A DNA stretch of 63,534 bases, filler included, from Perkinsus chesapeaki ATCC PRA-425 (GCA_013115145.1; 18 parts of 18 records of this genome joined end to end with filler, not necessarily neighbours in it); one strand, 5' to 3'; shown: positions 11,483 through 25,480, counted from the first letter of the whole stretch. Program-made: numbers and translations. Notes: generated from the letters alone by a model not told the origin.

Positions 11483-12315
11483 CCGTACAGTTGCAACACA
11501 TGCAGTTTTAAGCCATACAGTTGCGTTTCGTACAGGATTATATCATCTTTTTGCACTTGGTACAGTACGGTACTATACCAAGTGCAAAAAGATGATATAA
11601 TACTGTGTCCACGATATGGTAACCATTTCGTATAGTATTAAATCATACTGTGTTTACACATACAGTGTTACTTCGCTGCGAAGTCTTCGCACAGTACAAG
11701 CAAATACAGTGTCGGATCGTACAAGGTTAATTCGTACAGTTACGGTTGGTACAGTGTGAACCCGTCAAGTTACGGTTCATACAGTGCCAATTGGTACCGT
11801 GATAACTCGTACACACTCAGCTTCGTTCAGTTCACTCCGATGATCGGAGTCCGATCTTTTCGCTATTTTCCGCGCCGCGCGAAATATAGTGAGAAAACAG
11901 GCGCGCCTACTGTCACCCGCCTTCCGACTACAGAAGTCCAAGAACCACTCATCAACCCTACATCACCCAGGATGGAACCCTCGCGCATGAGAGTCGCAAA
12001 ACCCCGACCTCCGAAAGGGACTAGATGTGGCCTAGGCGAGGTGCTGAAAACTGACTGACTCGCAGTGACCTGCTAGCTGGCTGGGTGGCTAGCTCAGCCC
12101 CCGGTACTAGTCGGCCAACTGCTACCTTTTCAAGAAAAGTGCTACGTGTACGGAACTCCTCTGGGCAGCAGCTGTACGATGCGACACTGAATCAGCTGAA
12201 ACTGTACGTTTTGTCACTGTACGAGCTGCAACTGCACGATATGATACTAACACGAATTATGCTGTACGAAATAATGTTGTACTAGTTTGGCACTGTACCA
12301 GCTTGCACTGTACGA
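11483..12315. mobile_element. Putative non-autonomous DNA element with oppositely oriented subterminal GTACAG/CTGTAC arrays
   Basis: Left arm rich in (c)gtacag/tacag and right arm rich in ctgtac(g). Ends CGTACAGTTGCAA (11484-11496) and TTGCACTGTACG (12303-12314) are near-inverted. No coding capacity. Confidence 0.4.
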
Positions 12316-13096
12316 TATAATACTCACCCGGAAGATGCATCAAACTGCGCCTAAATTGGGGGATAGTATCGCCGCGATATCTTTGGGCGAGTGATACTTC
12401 GCGGAAGTATATTTGATGCACGCTGTAGACTGACTGAGAGTAGCTACAGTATCAACATCACTATCAGCCAGTTAAACTTGTTCAAGACCTCAGGTCTTAG
12501 ACCTGTCCATTTGGCGTTGAGTTGTCTATACTATAGACTCTATAGGAACATCAGGACTCCCAATCAGGACTCCCGAGGGGCAGACTGCTCCTGCACTGGT
12601 TGTGCCGAATTTGCGACCGTTCAGCCACGTTCTATGAGATAACTACTGTTCGGGTCCAAATCTGTAAGCAGCTCACAGTGAGCTGGGTTCTGAATTTCAA
12701 ACTATCGACCCGAGTGGTTAATCGCTGCATTTTGCAATAAGAATGTAGGGTTTTGCTCCGGGTATCCTTCCATTTATTAACAACAAAAGATGTCTAAGGC
12801 ACTAAATCCTCAATCACTAGATTTACATTGCACAACGATTCGAGCTTGGCCCAGAGGCATTGCATATAAGACCAGCCAATGAGCCTTATAAGAATTCAGC
12901 ATCTATCGCTGCGTTATCTACAGGAGAAAGAGGATACATACTGGACTACCTGCCACGGCTCTAAGCACGGGCCATATANNNNNNNNNNNNNNNNNNNNNN
13001 NNNNNNNNNNNNNNNNNNNNNNTTAATTAATTAANNNNNNNNNNNNNNNNNNNNNNNNNNNNNNNNNNNNNNNNNNNNGAGTAGTTTTCGGCTTTT

Positions 13097-13585
13097 ATGG
13101 CATCGGATGAGCGGCTGGAAGGCCAGTGGGAGTATCATAACTCGGGATGGTAAGAATTAAGCTGCGGTCGCATTTTGAGAGTATTGCTTCGTTAGGTATA
13201 AGCAGATAATGAAAGATTGCCGATTGCGTGATGCCTATCAGACGCATGCGTTCACCGATCTCTTTCGGGAATACGAGAAACTCAATCGCGAGATAGCCAA
13301 AAGTGGGTCCAAGAGTGACGATGTAGTTCGAGCTAGCCGGCAAAGTGAGCTCACCTGGTTGGGGTCGAGAGTTGTCGTTGACGTCTTGTACAGACTCGAC
13401 AAGTATGATATCATCGTTGTCTTCAAGCGCGCACTTCACCGAGGCAGTGAATCAGAAAAACGAAGCCATGACTATGCTCTTGAGAGACCTCCAGGAAGAA
13501 ATAAGATGTCGAGACTCGGAGCTGGCAGACACACGAGCAGAGTTAGCTGCCAGAGTTGAGGAAATCTCCCAACTGTCAGCGCAAG
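13097..13585 (+). CDS. ATG16-like protein, N-terminal ATG5-binding helix plus coiled coil (exons 13097-13149, 13196-13344, 13394-13585; 3' exons unresolved)
   Basis: Spliced product MASDERLEGQWEYHNSGWYKQIMKDCRLRDAYQTHAFTDLFREYEKL resembles, from memory, the ATG16L1 W..I...L..RD..Q...F..I...Y..L helix. A heptad-rich segment follows. Intron phases are consistent. Confidence 0.6.
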
Positions 13586-14276
13586 GTGAGAATATGCCAA
13601 ACTGCTCAGCTGGAGGTGTCGAACAGTATGCACTTCGCAGTCTCGACTTTCTCGTAGTCATTGGAAGAGAAGGTCCTTATTTTAAACCCTCACGACAAGC
13701 GAAGGTCCTCCGAGTGCATTCAATTATAGGATGCCTTTGAGTGATAGCCGGATATTTGAGATGCACGAATTGAACGGATACTAGAATGACTGTTTTTGTC
13801 GGATATTGAACATGACCGAATCGGATAAATTCGTGCTGGTCGGAAATAATTGTGACGCGCCGGATACTTGCTTGCGGTCCATCGGAAATAACAGTGCGCA
13901 TGTCGGAAACATGACCGGGAAATGCTGTGGTGCATACACGAGCAATGGTCGATCTTGAGTGTGCTCCTGCTCGGTTTATTGAGACCTCATGAACAAGTTG
14001 GCCACGTGTCTTTTGTTGACCAGGGTAGTAGTCAACGGACTTAGTCCGTCGGACTAGTTACGCGTCCGCTACTCATCACGAGTATCTGGCCACATGATTC
14101 TCGGTTCAGGTGAGTCCTTGGAGACAGCAGTCGAATTCAAGTCCAAGGAGCTCAACCGTGTTTGCCAGGAGCTAGANNNNNNNNNNNNNNNNNNNNNNNN
14201 NNNNNNNNNNNNNNNNNNNNTTAATTAATTAANNNNNNNNNNNNNNNNNNNNNNNNNNNNNNNNNNNNNNNNNNNN

Positions 14277-17200
14277 ATTACTACTATATGTGGTGATATA
14301 TCTTTGGTTATGATCCTAGACAGTGGTTCTACAATTTCTTTAATATCGCAGCGAGAAGTTGATAATATTTATCCTAAGCCTATTGTATCTCTAGAACATA
14401 GTTCAAGATGTATATTTACAGCTACTGGCACTGTATGTCTAGACAGATCTGTAACATTTACCTTTAAATGGTTGGACGGAGAGTTCACACATAAATTCCT
14501 GGTGGTACCTTATGATTATTTATATTGTCCTATTCTTGGTACCGACTTCCTCATTCCTAATAAGATTATTTTAGATTATAGCGTGTCACCTCCACGATAT
14601 GTTCGCAAAGTCGAGAGTGGAGTTAGCTATGCAACACAAGCGTCGAGCTTGAATGATGTGCTAGTGCAAGCACAAAAGATGAGTACGCGGGATTTCGCCG
14701 CACTCTGTAGTAAGAGTTATGTAGATGATGGTTGGATATGTTATCCTGATCAGTGGAGTCATTACGAGTATGTATATAAGAATGAATATTTTGCGGTCTC
14801 TATTGCCATTAATGATATATCTGGTAAAAAGAGAGTGTTTACTGGTATTAACCCTGGCGCTATAGTTAAGCCAAGTGCATCTGCCGTTAAGTCGCAGCTG
14901 AAACCACATCGTAAACTTCACGATGATTTGTTGCCAGCTGAAGTCATCCCCTATTTGGAGCGATGGATTACTACTGGCAAGTTGGTATGGTTAAGTGAGT
15001 TCAATGATGATAACATTGAAGATGTCGCTATGTATCATCCTATAGTTACGCAATGGTATTTGGTAAAAGGATCTAAGAAGTGTCGACCAGTGTTTACTTA
15101 TACTTTACTTAATAATTCTATAAAGAAATCTAAGATACTGATTCAGTTTGAGCAGCGCAAATTACACGATATTATTGTTCGTACACGTGTTTATAATAGA
15201 GTGCTTTTTACTGATTTGCATGATGCTTATTTGAGTCTAAGGCTTTATACTTCAAACTATCCGTTGAATGTTGTTAGATTCGGCTCGGAACTGTTTTACT
15301 TTGCTGCTGTCTCATTTGGGACGAGCCCTGCTCCTCAAAGTCTAGAATGCACGATGGGTAGGAAGTTGATGAAGGAGTTGAGCGAGAAGATGAAGGAGCA
15401 AGATGATGCCGAGAGCAAGGAGTGTTCTTCCGAGTCATTCATGGATGATGTTGCTCATCTTGATGATAAATTGAACCTTGATGATGAGTTTGTTGCAGAG
15501 CCTATATTAGAGTCTATTGCAGAAGAATACGATATACATTTTAACAATGCCAAGCGTCAATATATAAATGCGTTACCTGGAGATGTTTCTGCTCTAGGTG
15601 TGGTTTACACCGATTATGGAAGGTTTATAAAGTTTTCTGATGTACAGTGGGTGAAGTTCCGAGATGCGTTGACTGCTAGGACTCAAATATCTTACACTGG
15701 TGCTTTATCGTTGTTGGGGAAACTCCCGGACTTGGTGGTTACTGGTGCGTGGAATAGTTTATTCAAGCATATGTTACAAGGTATGGTGTTTAGAGAAGTT
15801 CACTTATTGCAAGTTCCATGGAGTGCGAGTGTGTCCGACGAGCTACGACAACTGCTTTATGAATGGCATGCCTTGGTACTTGAAGCTGGTACACTATATT
15901 TACCGCGGTGTTATGATATGAAAGACGAAATTACAGTAGTGGCAGATGCGAGTAAATGGGTTGCTGGATATGAGTTACGTCAGAACAATACTCTATATGA
16001 TGAGGGTTCCATGGTGTTTCCAAGAAGCAAAGCTGACATAGCTATCTCAGTGAAAGAGCTACAAGCGGTATATATGGGTCTTGCAGCAGTTAATGAATTA
16101 GAGATGGCATCGCCTAAGAAGTTTAAGGCTATTAAGGTGGTCACAGATAATACTACAGTGGCGACGATATTAAGAACGAGACGTGTGACTGGAAGTGCAA
16201 AAAGAGAGTTTTGCCCTATATTGCAGAAATATTTGGCACTTATTCAGGAGTTGTACTCACCAAACGAGTGGGTAAGGTTACACTTTGAAGTGGTATCGAC
16301 AGAGGAGAATTCTGCTGATAAGTTGACAAGACACCCCTATCTTACGAAGTTATTGAATTATCGTGATAAACTACAGCGAGTTGGTGATCAAAATGAGGTA
16401 CTGGATGATTATGATGAGAAGACGGTGATATCTACTAATGTTGTTGGTGAAGCATCTGAGTGCTATTTTACAAATGATGGCCACTTTTGTAATATATGTT
16501 ACTCAAGTCTATCACTGAAACTTGAGGTGGATGATGCTGCTGTTGGTAATGCACAGAGAGCTAATGATGACATTTNNNNNNNNNNNNNNNNNNNNNNNNN
16601 NNNNNNNNNNNNNNNNNNNNNNNNNNNNNNNNNNNNNNNNNNNNNNNNNNNNNNNNNNNNNNNNNNNNNNNNNGAAATGTATAGTGAAGAAAGCGCATGA
16701 TATTGGACACGCTAATGTCGAGGGCACGGTTACAATGGTTAAACTGGTGTTTTATGTTCCGTTCATATGGAGAGTAGCGCATGATGTTGTAGAAGAATGT
16801 GAGAGATGTGTTATGAATAAAAGGCCTGCTGGTGTAATGCCTATGAGGACAACTATTCGGAGTACGTATCCCTGGCAAATATTACATATGGATATAGTGA
16901 GCTATGAGAATATGCATTTATTGACAGTTATCGACCAGTTCTCAAAGTATTTATGTTGGGAAATACTGGCTACGATGAGCACAAGTAATATAGTTATAGC
17001 TATGGAACGGATATTTAGTAAACTTGGGCCACCAAAGATTGTGGTGTGTGATAATGCTAAGAATCTGAATGCTACTGTTATGGTAAAATTTCTGGAGGCG
17101 TATGGTACGAAGTTGGAGAATTCGACGAGTTATCATCCGCAAGGAAACTCTGTTGTGGAGAGAGTACATAGAACATTACATAGATTGGCACGATTACATC

Positions 17201-17913
17201 AACTACATTCACCACAAGATTTGAAGAGATCGTTATCTAAGTTGGTATATGTGTACAATTGTAGACCCCATAAAGCCTTGGGTTACAGGTCTCCGTACTA
17301 TGTACTCTTTGGTCGTAATCCATTGGTTGTTACTGATATAGCTAAACAAAGTCAACATGATATGAGTAAGCTATATGATACATGGGATGAAGTTGGTGGT
17401 ATTCAAGGTCAACAGTTCAGAAGCAATAAAGTAGCTTATGATAAACGACACCGTATTCAGCGACCAGTTGATTATTATGAAGGCCAAGAAGTTTTGTATT
17501 ATAGACGTCGACGTTACCCAATAGGAGTTAATGCGAAGTTACAAGACCCATGGGAAGACGGTTGGAAAGTCCTCAAAGCACCTACAGTGAAGTATCCGAC
17601 AACGGTGGTTATTGGTAGAGGCTCTCAAAGGATGGTTACTAATGTGGCTTATATAACAAGAGATACAAGACAATTGCCGAGAGAATCTGTAGACAAGCCC
17701 ACAATGTTACGAACAAGTCCAGTACCGAAGCCTAATATAACAGCATTGTGTGAAATGGTGTCTGAGCCCGATGATGACCTAGATTACAAGTTTTATTTGG
17801 ATGATGATGAAGATAATGATAAAAATATAACGTTGAGAAGATCTAAGAGAGTGAAGAAGCCAGTTAGAAGATTAACGTTCGGTCTTGGTAATTCTAAATC
17901 ATACGATAAGTAG
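14277..17913 (+). mobile_element. LTR retrotransposon pol (PR-RT-RNase H-IN), divergent BEL/Ty3-like, apparently intact ORF across an N gap
   Basis: LDSGS protease; DLHDAY, FGTSPAP, FMDD RT; ADAS, KELQAV, TDN, NSADKLTR RNase H; H-H-CxxC finger and D-D-E integrase core (HMDIV, CDNAKN, VERVH). Confidence 0.88.
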
Positions 17914-17938
17914 TACTTATATTCAATATCATTATAAC

Positions 17939-18030
17939 GAAGAGGGGTGTGTAAGGTTGTAGGCGACATTGTGCCAATTGTCCCATAATATAGTTCCTGT
18001 CCCTGTGGACACAATTACGCTGAGGCTGCT
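17939..18030 (+). mobile_element. Polypurine tract (GAAGAGGGG, 17939-17947) and start of the 3' LTR (TG at 17948)
   Basis: A purine run directly followed by TGTGTAAG, 26 nt after the pol stop. Confidence 0.6.
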
Positions 18031-20839
18031 NNNNNNNNNNNNNNNNNNNNNNNNNNNNNNNNNNNNNNNNNNNNTTAATTAATTAANNNNNNNNNNNNNN
18101 NNNNNNNNNNNNNNNNNNNNNNNNNNNNNNTGAAGTGAGGAAGATCTTAATGAGATCGTTCGCTGCTTGTCGATACCATGACCATATCTATCTCTTTTAT
18201 TTCTAGTTTGTATTTAATATATATGCATATCCGAAGTGAAGGTTTCTTTGTGGAAGCATCATATGTGAAAGATGTCATTGGGTAAGATGATGGTACATTC
18301 TTGTTAATGTACATTTATTGAGGGCGTCCGGTATATTTGTATGAGTGCGGTGAATTCTCTCTCATATACCGTAGTTCGTTGGATAAGACGCTTAGTTGAC
18401 GGACTATTTATTAAACTATTGTTTGTTGTGTTACCAGTATATTAGATTGTCAACCTTCAACGAATACCCAATAAGGTGGGTGCTTGTGCTGTAGAACGAG
18501 AGTTACTGCACACCCAAACCTACCTTGAATTAGCCTGCCTGTAACTACCATACGATGCTTAAATAATTCATCACGTTTGTTTCGATCAAGTATAACGGTA
18601 ACATCCCTTCGCGAGCTCATCTTCCATCAACACAACGATGACATGTGCATGAGTTCTGCATCTGGTTCCAGTGGTTCGTATTGAGTCGGACCGACGCCGC
18701 CAAACACTTCACTGCATCAGCGGACATCGATATTGAAATAGGTACACGTATACATATCCAGTCGACAATTGACAGCTGACAATACGACCAATGAAAAAGA
18801 AAGAATAGTATGTTCCGTCACAAACTTGAGCAAATATGGCTACAGTCAACGGTGTTACTCTGCGGTTCGCATACAAGACACAATCCAGCTCGCAGAGAAC
18901 CGTGTCACCACACTGACAGACAAGTGAGGAACCGACTCCGGTTATGCTTCACGGATATGATGACGGTAATATAAATATTTACCACTAGAATAAACACAAC
19001 AGTGATAAATCCCTGCTAATGTTCCCAACAGCGAGGCATCGCGTACATTGTGCCCGTCTAAATAGACATATATAGTTATGGATAAGAAGCAATGGAACAA
19101 AATCAAGGAACCTCATTGACAGAGAGAGGGACCGGACCATTTATCCTCCCATACACTGAGACTTATTAGAAAGGCCAACTNNNNNNNNNNNNNNNNNNNN
19201 NNNNNNNNNNNNNNNNNNNNNNNNTTAATTAATTAANNNNNNNNNNNNNNNNNNNNNNNNNNNNNNNNNNNNNNNNNNNNACTTAGCGAAGCACCTTGAC
19301 AAAGTGAGACCAAAACGTTGATAATCAGTTTGAAGTATATGACCACTAATGGTCTAGTCTATGGCCTATTATAGACTGGAGCCAGCACACTTCGGGGCAT
19401 GAATCGGGGTTCGAAAGGTTCCCTCACCATCGACTTTTCTCTGGCATATCTCTGTCGGGTCTCCAGGAGCATGTGCCAGGTTGCTGCTGCCAATCCGAGC
19501 TTCAGCTGTCTTAACGATATGATGGTCGAAAAGCTCTCTCAGAGGCTAAGTAAGGCTTTCTGTGTCTGCAAACTCTTGAGAAACGATCTCGTCTCCGCGT
19601 CGTAAAGTTTTACAAAAAAATATAGTACCGATAATGGTAAGTATAACAACAATATTCGGGCATGTTGTTTAATGATTATAATATTATTCATTAGTAATAA
19701 TTGTGATTGTCGTACAGGACCCATAAAATATATTGAGTGTTCAACTGAACCATATATGATAATACAACAGAGCTATTAAGTGTATTACAGTTGCACCAAG
19801 GGGGTTTCGGAAGCTATCCTGCTGCTTCACGTTCGGAAGACCGACAGCGGCCACTGTAACTACTCCCCTCGCAGGCACCAAGATGCTCATCGCCATGCAC
19901 GACGTCGAGTCTGACATAACCCCAAGGCTCTATCGTAGCAAGACGAAGCATATGCTTGAGAGTTCAGAACTTGAACTTCACACCTGTGAATTCTGTCATG
20001 ACATTTACATTCCATCTCATCGCTCGTGGATGACATGTACCCAACTTAGCACTTTAACAATCTATTGCCTCACATAGGTCGAGAACGTCCGATTGAAGTC
20101 GACTGTTACGGAGAAATAGACTGTCGACATGTTGGTAAACAACTGTACGGGCTAGGGCCTCGCCTCTGTCAGTGGGAAGAAGCCGGCCAAAGTAGGTGTC
20201 CGCATTATTCATTACAATTCCTGTACTGAATATTTTCTCAATGAGTCTTTCCTTATTCACACGCGACTAGATTCGACACACGAGTACTTATTGCTGAACC
20301 ATTTTTGATCCCTTTGTCGATCGTTAGTACGTGCGCCGGGCTTGCGCGAACACTTTTCCGGCTCGCAATTTAGAGACCTTCTCTTAGTTTAACTTGTTCG
20401 CCAAGTTCCAACTCTGTTAATAGTTCGTAAGATCTTAGCATTTTCAGTCGACTGGCATCACATATATTGGTACCTCTGGGGTGTGACTCGATGCTTCACT
20501 TGTTCGCGATGTGGACGCACCTTCAGAGGGCTGGACAATGGCCAATGTCGTTTACACGCTACGAGCGAAGCTATGTAAGCTCGGGGCGACCAGCTGATCT
20601 TGGATTAGCTTCGTTCTCGGGCCATCGGGAGCTCGGGCTTGGTCCATTTCGTTTACACGGGAATTTACATTATTAGTTACCATTTAAAAATGTCGGAAAA
20701 TAACTATGCTTAGATCATTTTGATTTTTCTGCTCTTTCTNNNNNNNNNNNNNNNNNNNNNNNNNNNNNNNNNNNNNNNNNNNNTTAATTAATTAANNNNN
20801 NNNNNNNNNNNNNNNNNNNNNNNNNNNNNNNNNNNNNNN

Positions 20840-20915
20840 TTATAAATGTACAGTATCATCCTATTATAAATGTACAGTATCATTCTATTATAAATGTACA
20901 GTATCATTCTATAAT
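20840..20915 (+). repeat. 24-bp minisatellite (tataaatgtacagtatcattctat), about 3 copies at the contig start
   Basis: Seen directly. Confidence 0.85.
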
Positions 20916-23449
20916 GTATCATGGTCAGTTACCTCTTACCCATATCTGTTTTGCCTTCTGTTACCCAAAGGGAGCTACTTATACAAACTGGGGAGCAGTT
21001 CGAATCTTCTCATAACAGCAGCAATCATCGATCGTTGTATGCGACAAGTGGAGGACGGAAATTCAAGGCGCGTGACGTAAGCCTTCTTTCCCTGCCTCAC
21101 TCTGGAATGTCTACTGCCATATTCAGACGCTATGTAGTTATCTTTCCCTCCCTGATCGATATGTCTCAGAGTCTCGATCGATCCAGCTTACCGCAGAGGT
21201 GAGGCTTGGTGGCGGCGGATATCTCAAATTACTCTTCGTTGAACTGTGCCGCTTTGGGTGCTCACTGATGCGTTGTAAAAGCTGCTGCAGCAGTGCTGCT
21301 CAGTCTTGAAGTGGTTATCCACAGGCTTTTCAAATACTCTTACTTACCACAGTACAAAGTCTCTATATACAGTATATCGTAGTCACGTTATCATTACCAA
21401 GCCGACCAAACACGAGGAAACTGTGGTATGGACTGTGCGATGGGTATTATAGGAAAACAGGACTCGGTTTGCTAACTTTGGTCCTCCCTTATATGTTCAT
21501 TCTTTATTATTTACCCATAGCATTACCCTTTCCCATTCGCCCGAACTCCCTTCTCCTATCACTGAGCACCAAGTCGCTGCTCACGTAATGCTCAGCTTAT
21601 CTCAGGAATACTTTCTGTTCTGTTTTGTCTACCTCATCATTTCTGGTCCCATATCTGCCATTGACATCGCTGCTGGGTAAGGCTCACGCTCTTACCTACC
21701 GACACTGCATTCTCATCAGTAAAAGTGGTGCAGGAGGCAGCCAGCATTCACATAGTGGTCGGAAGGACATGTGGTCATCGCGAGACATCCGAATAGGCTC
21801 CTCCAGGGTAAGCCATTCCCGGTTGCACTCTTTCATACTTGTTATAATCAGCGTCGTTGTCCCTCCGACACTGGAGAGATATTCTCAGATTCATACGATA
21901 AATTATTGGACTTGTACCTCGCCAGGTAAGCCACGTACTGCCTCGCGTTTTTCTTTGAAGAGCTCCGGAGGCTATTCCTTTTTGTGGTAGTTGGTGAAGT
22001 AGGCAACTCAGCCATTAGTGAAGATGTTAGGGTTCTTGAGATTCACCCGCGCTAGCTCACCTCTTATAGATAGGAAAGTGGTTCCTATCGCTCTTCGTAA
22101 AGCTGTATTTTTTGAGGTTTTTATACCGTAACATTTCTTCCACAAAGATACTTTGGTCAAGAACCAGCGCCTTGTATGGACGACAAGAATGTGATTTCTA
22201 GCGAGGAGAAGGAATACAACAGGAGAATGGTCGGCCAACAAATAAAGTGTGGCGCCCTGAGCCTGGCATGTTTACAGGGTCTCCTTCTTGTCCATCTTGC
22301 CACTGCATTCTGGATCAGCCCTCAACTCTGGGGTCCTGTTGGTGTAGCACAGATGAGGATGGACGTACCATTATTAAGGTCGCTGAGAACTGTCTGTATA
22401 AGAGTCTTGGCGTTGGACTCACTAAAGAGTAAGCCGGAAGGGCCAAATCTCCCTTGGCAATGCTGTAGTTGTCGCCTAGCCGAAGTTTTCACTGTTGCTG
22501 TATAAGGTTGCATATTTACTGGCTCTCTCGTAAAGGCAGCTTACAGATGGTTCCTTGTTAGGTTCGATTGCTGTGGTGGACGCTGCGGAGGTCCGTAGAT
22601 CTCGAACACTTGGTGGGATCAACGAGCAAGAGGTAAGGCCATCGAGAGCAATGCCTCAGCGGCTGTACCTTCTTCTTAGTGGACTTTGATAACAGGAGAC
22701 GGTGTGAGTGGCCCATCACCATTGCCTCCCGCATTTCCACAAGAATGCCAAGTTCTTCTGCCATCCATCGTCGAACTCCTTCATGTGTAAGTGGACCGTG
22801 GCATCGCCCCTCAATTTCGGTGTTCAGTAAACTCTCTAAAGGATCATCGCCTGTCACCTCCTCAACAATCAGCAGTGAGACTGCAGTCTACCTCATTAAG
22901 ATATGGATAATGCTTCTGCAGCCGTGGAGCGCTGGTCAGCAGCAGCAGCAGCCGCATAACAATTCTATCAAGCTCGGATCTCCCCGATCTTTCCAGGCAC
23001 TTGGATTGGCATCTCCACCGGTGATGGAGATGTGTGGCCTTACTATATTGCAGCAATGCAGTGTTTGTTGCGTAATCCGCTCACATTGGAAGTCACCCCG
23101 CTGTACGTAAATGTCCGCTGTTACTTCCTGTCAGTTCTTTTACAGATACTATCCGTTGATGTTGGTTGTGTTTGAGCATCCTGCAGTTAGTGGAACTTGC
23201 GAAGATATGCTGGTCGAAGGGGACGATGACCGGAAATACTTTAACTCTCCCGAGATTTACAGCTTTGTACGCCTCAAAACTGACCGACCATTTTATCTGA
23301 TGTGTTTTAGGTGCACATGCTAGTGGTGCTTTTTGAATGCATTGTTAACGATCAGCTGATGGCCGAAGTAGCAGTGAACTCGTTGCCCCAACAGGGAGGA
23401 GGGAACGCTGTGTTTGCCACCCCGACCACGCTCGCTCAAACTTTCGTTG

Positions 23450-25480
23450 ATAAGGTCTGTAATCCTCCTCGTACTGCTAGCAGAGTCGCATCGATATGTG
23501 TTTAGGTGTATCCTGTTTATCGCGCTCTTCTCCGCAGCTCTGGTTTCGTTCCGGACTTCAAACAGGACGTCAAGAGGATAGTGAACGCTATGAAGGTGAA
23601 ACTGGTTTCTGGAGTAGATCTCGGCTATTTCAGGGAAATGCTAGATTGCGACCCTTCCAGAAGTTGAGCTTTTTTGTATAACCTTTCATTCCTCTTCGGG
23701 TACCGATTTAACCGCAGCTACTGGGCCAAGCGTGACTTATCCCAATGTTACTTTATTCCTTGCATTTTCTGGTTCAAGCTCTGAGTGAAAACTCCTGACC
23801 AACGTCTGAGGTCATCGCTGTGAGTTTTTAAAAGCCGTGAATAGTCATCTTGTCTACGGAGGTGTCAAACCTAAGCCGAATGACCTCCGGTGAAAGGTCA
23901 TTCGCCGAATAGGCTGCAATCGTGTCCCTACGTTTTGACGTATCCCGGACCCTAATCAGGTCTCTTCGTTCTGGAGTCGGACAGTCCTTGTCACTGGAGA
24001 CCAGCGTCGATCGTCCGCCCCATCCACTGGAATGGTTCGCCCAGCAAAGGGAATGGCGTCGGCTACAGTAGGCTGTGATGCGACAGATACGCCACGTACG
24101 AGTTTATGCGTCATTTGCAGGATTCTACGCTGGAGCGTCTGAAGGGAATGGTAAGCCACACGTTATTTTCCGAGAAGGACACAAGTGAACAGCTTCCCAA
24201 CCTTCTGGCGATAGCACCTCGTACTGTGACGCCGCCCAGACGGATATGTAAGGTGACGTATCTTCTCCATGAAACCACCTCCTGTCTTAGCTTTCGAAGA
24301 CTCGCCACCAAAAGAAACAAGACATGAGGAGGTCCCTGAGTCTCACCGTAGTCCTCCGCTTACGGTGGCAGAACCGAGCTATGATCGGCCGTTGAAGTAA
24401 TGATTTTATTCATCACCCGGTGAAGTTCGAGACTCCCTAACAAAGGTACCGTGGCTCGCGTTGGAGCAGACCCGTGGCCAAGATCGAATTTGCTTTCCTA
24501 ATGCAACCATGCAAGGCATTGGCTTCACGACTCAGTCAGTTTCTCGATTTGGACCCGATCGTCACCCCTGGTGGACAGACCGAGCCTTATGTCGAGTGGA
24601 CGAGGTGATGGTTTGAACATAAGCCTCTGTGTTTGTTAGCTTTCCATCCCTCAGGTCTCTTTGCAGCGCCCGAGTATTATTCTGGTTAATGCTTATCATA
24701 TGGTTTGTCCTTTCAAATGTAGCTTCCGATCAAGTCGTCGCGTGGATCGGTCCCGGTATAATATGGATTCGCTGTCTCTGGATATTTATGCTAATGTTAG
24801 TAGCTCATCGTTATTGGACTGCACCGTAGTCAGTTTCTAATGCTCACGTGTGTCCGCGTTGTAAATGCCTTATTCCTTTGAAGCAGAACACGGCATCATC
24901 GTCGTATACAAAAGCTTGCACCTTGATGTGGGAACTATTAAAATATATTAGATTGCAATTTACGAGCCCTCAATCGTCAACTCCGTGTCACCCCAAATTG
25001 GACCAATTACCCAAACTGGTCAATGGCAGACTCGGTGTCCCCAGAAACACCTCACCTGCTTGGTTGAAGTCGACTGCAGCAGAAGGGTTCGTAAATTTGT
25101 AGCATCTCTGATAGCACGATTAGTCGGACACCTTAATGACAGTGAATGATTACCTATCTTTCAAGCTTATCATTCTAAGCCAATTAAGTATCAAAATAGA
25201 GCAAGTAGAGTATCGAATGTATGGAGGCAAACCTGAGTCGCTATTCGTCGGCACTTCCGTTGCTTGATCGAGCTAACTGTATCAGTTGGGGTGAAGGAGC
25301 CTTCCACTACCGCATGCAAGTGACTCGTCAATGCTGAAGTGTTTTCAAGTTGCCGATACGTGAAGATTGTCCGACTCTGGATTCGATATCTAGCTCTATG
25401 GAGGTAACTAGCCCCGTATCAATTACCGATACACATACATCACGCCAACACGCCGACACTGTCATTTAGTATCGCGACCT
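23450..25480 (-). mobile_element. Heavily decayed LTR retrotransposon pol remnant (PR-RT-IN)
   Basis: Minus-strand fragments read by hand: VIDTG (protease), RCFWGHR (compare RLLFGHR in the 27895 element), VYDDD at about 24896-24910 (RT), GEPFQW and TSDVGQEF (integrase). Many stops; boundaries approximate. Confidence 0.5.

Noticed and set aside
18131-20739. Two small contigs with short ORFs
   Set aside because: No recognisable motifs or consistent exon chain, so they are left unannotated.
22322-22513. ILICATPTG as a helicase Walker A-like motif
   Set aside because: It lacks GKT/S, stops immediately afterwards, and no other helicase motifs were found.
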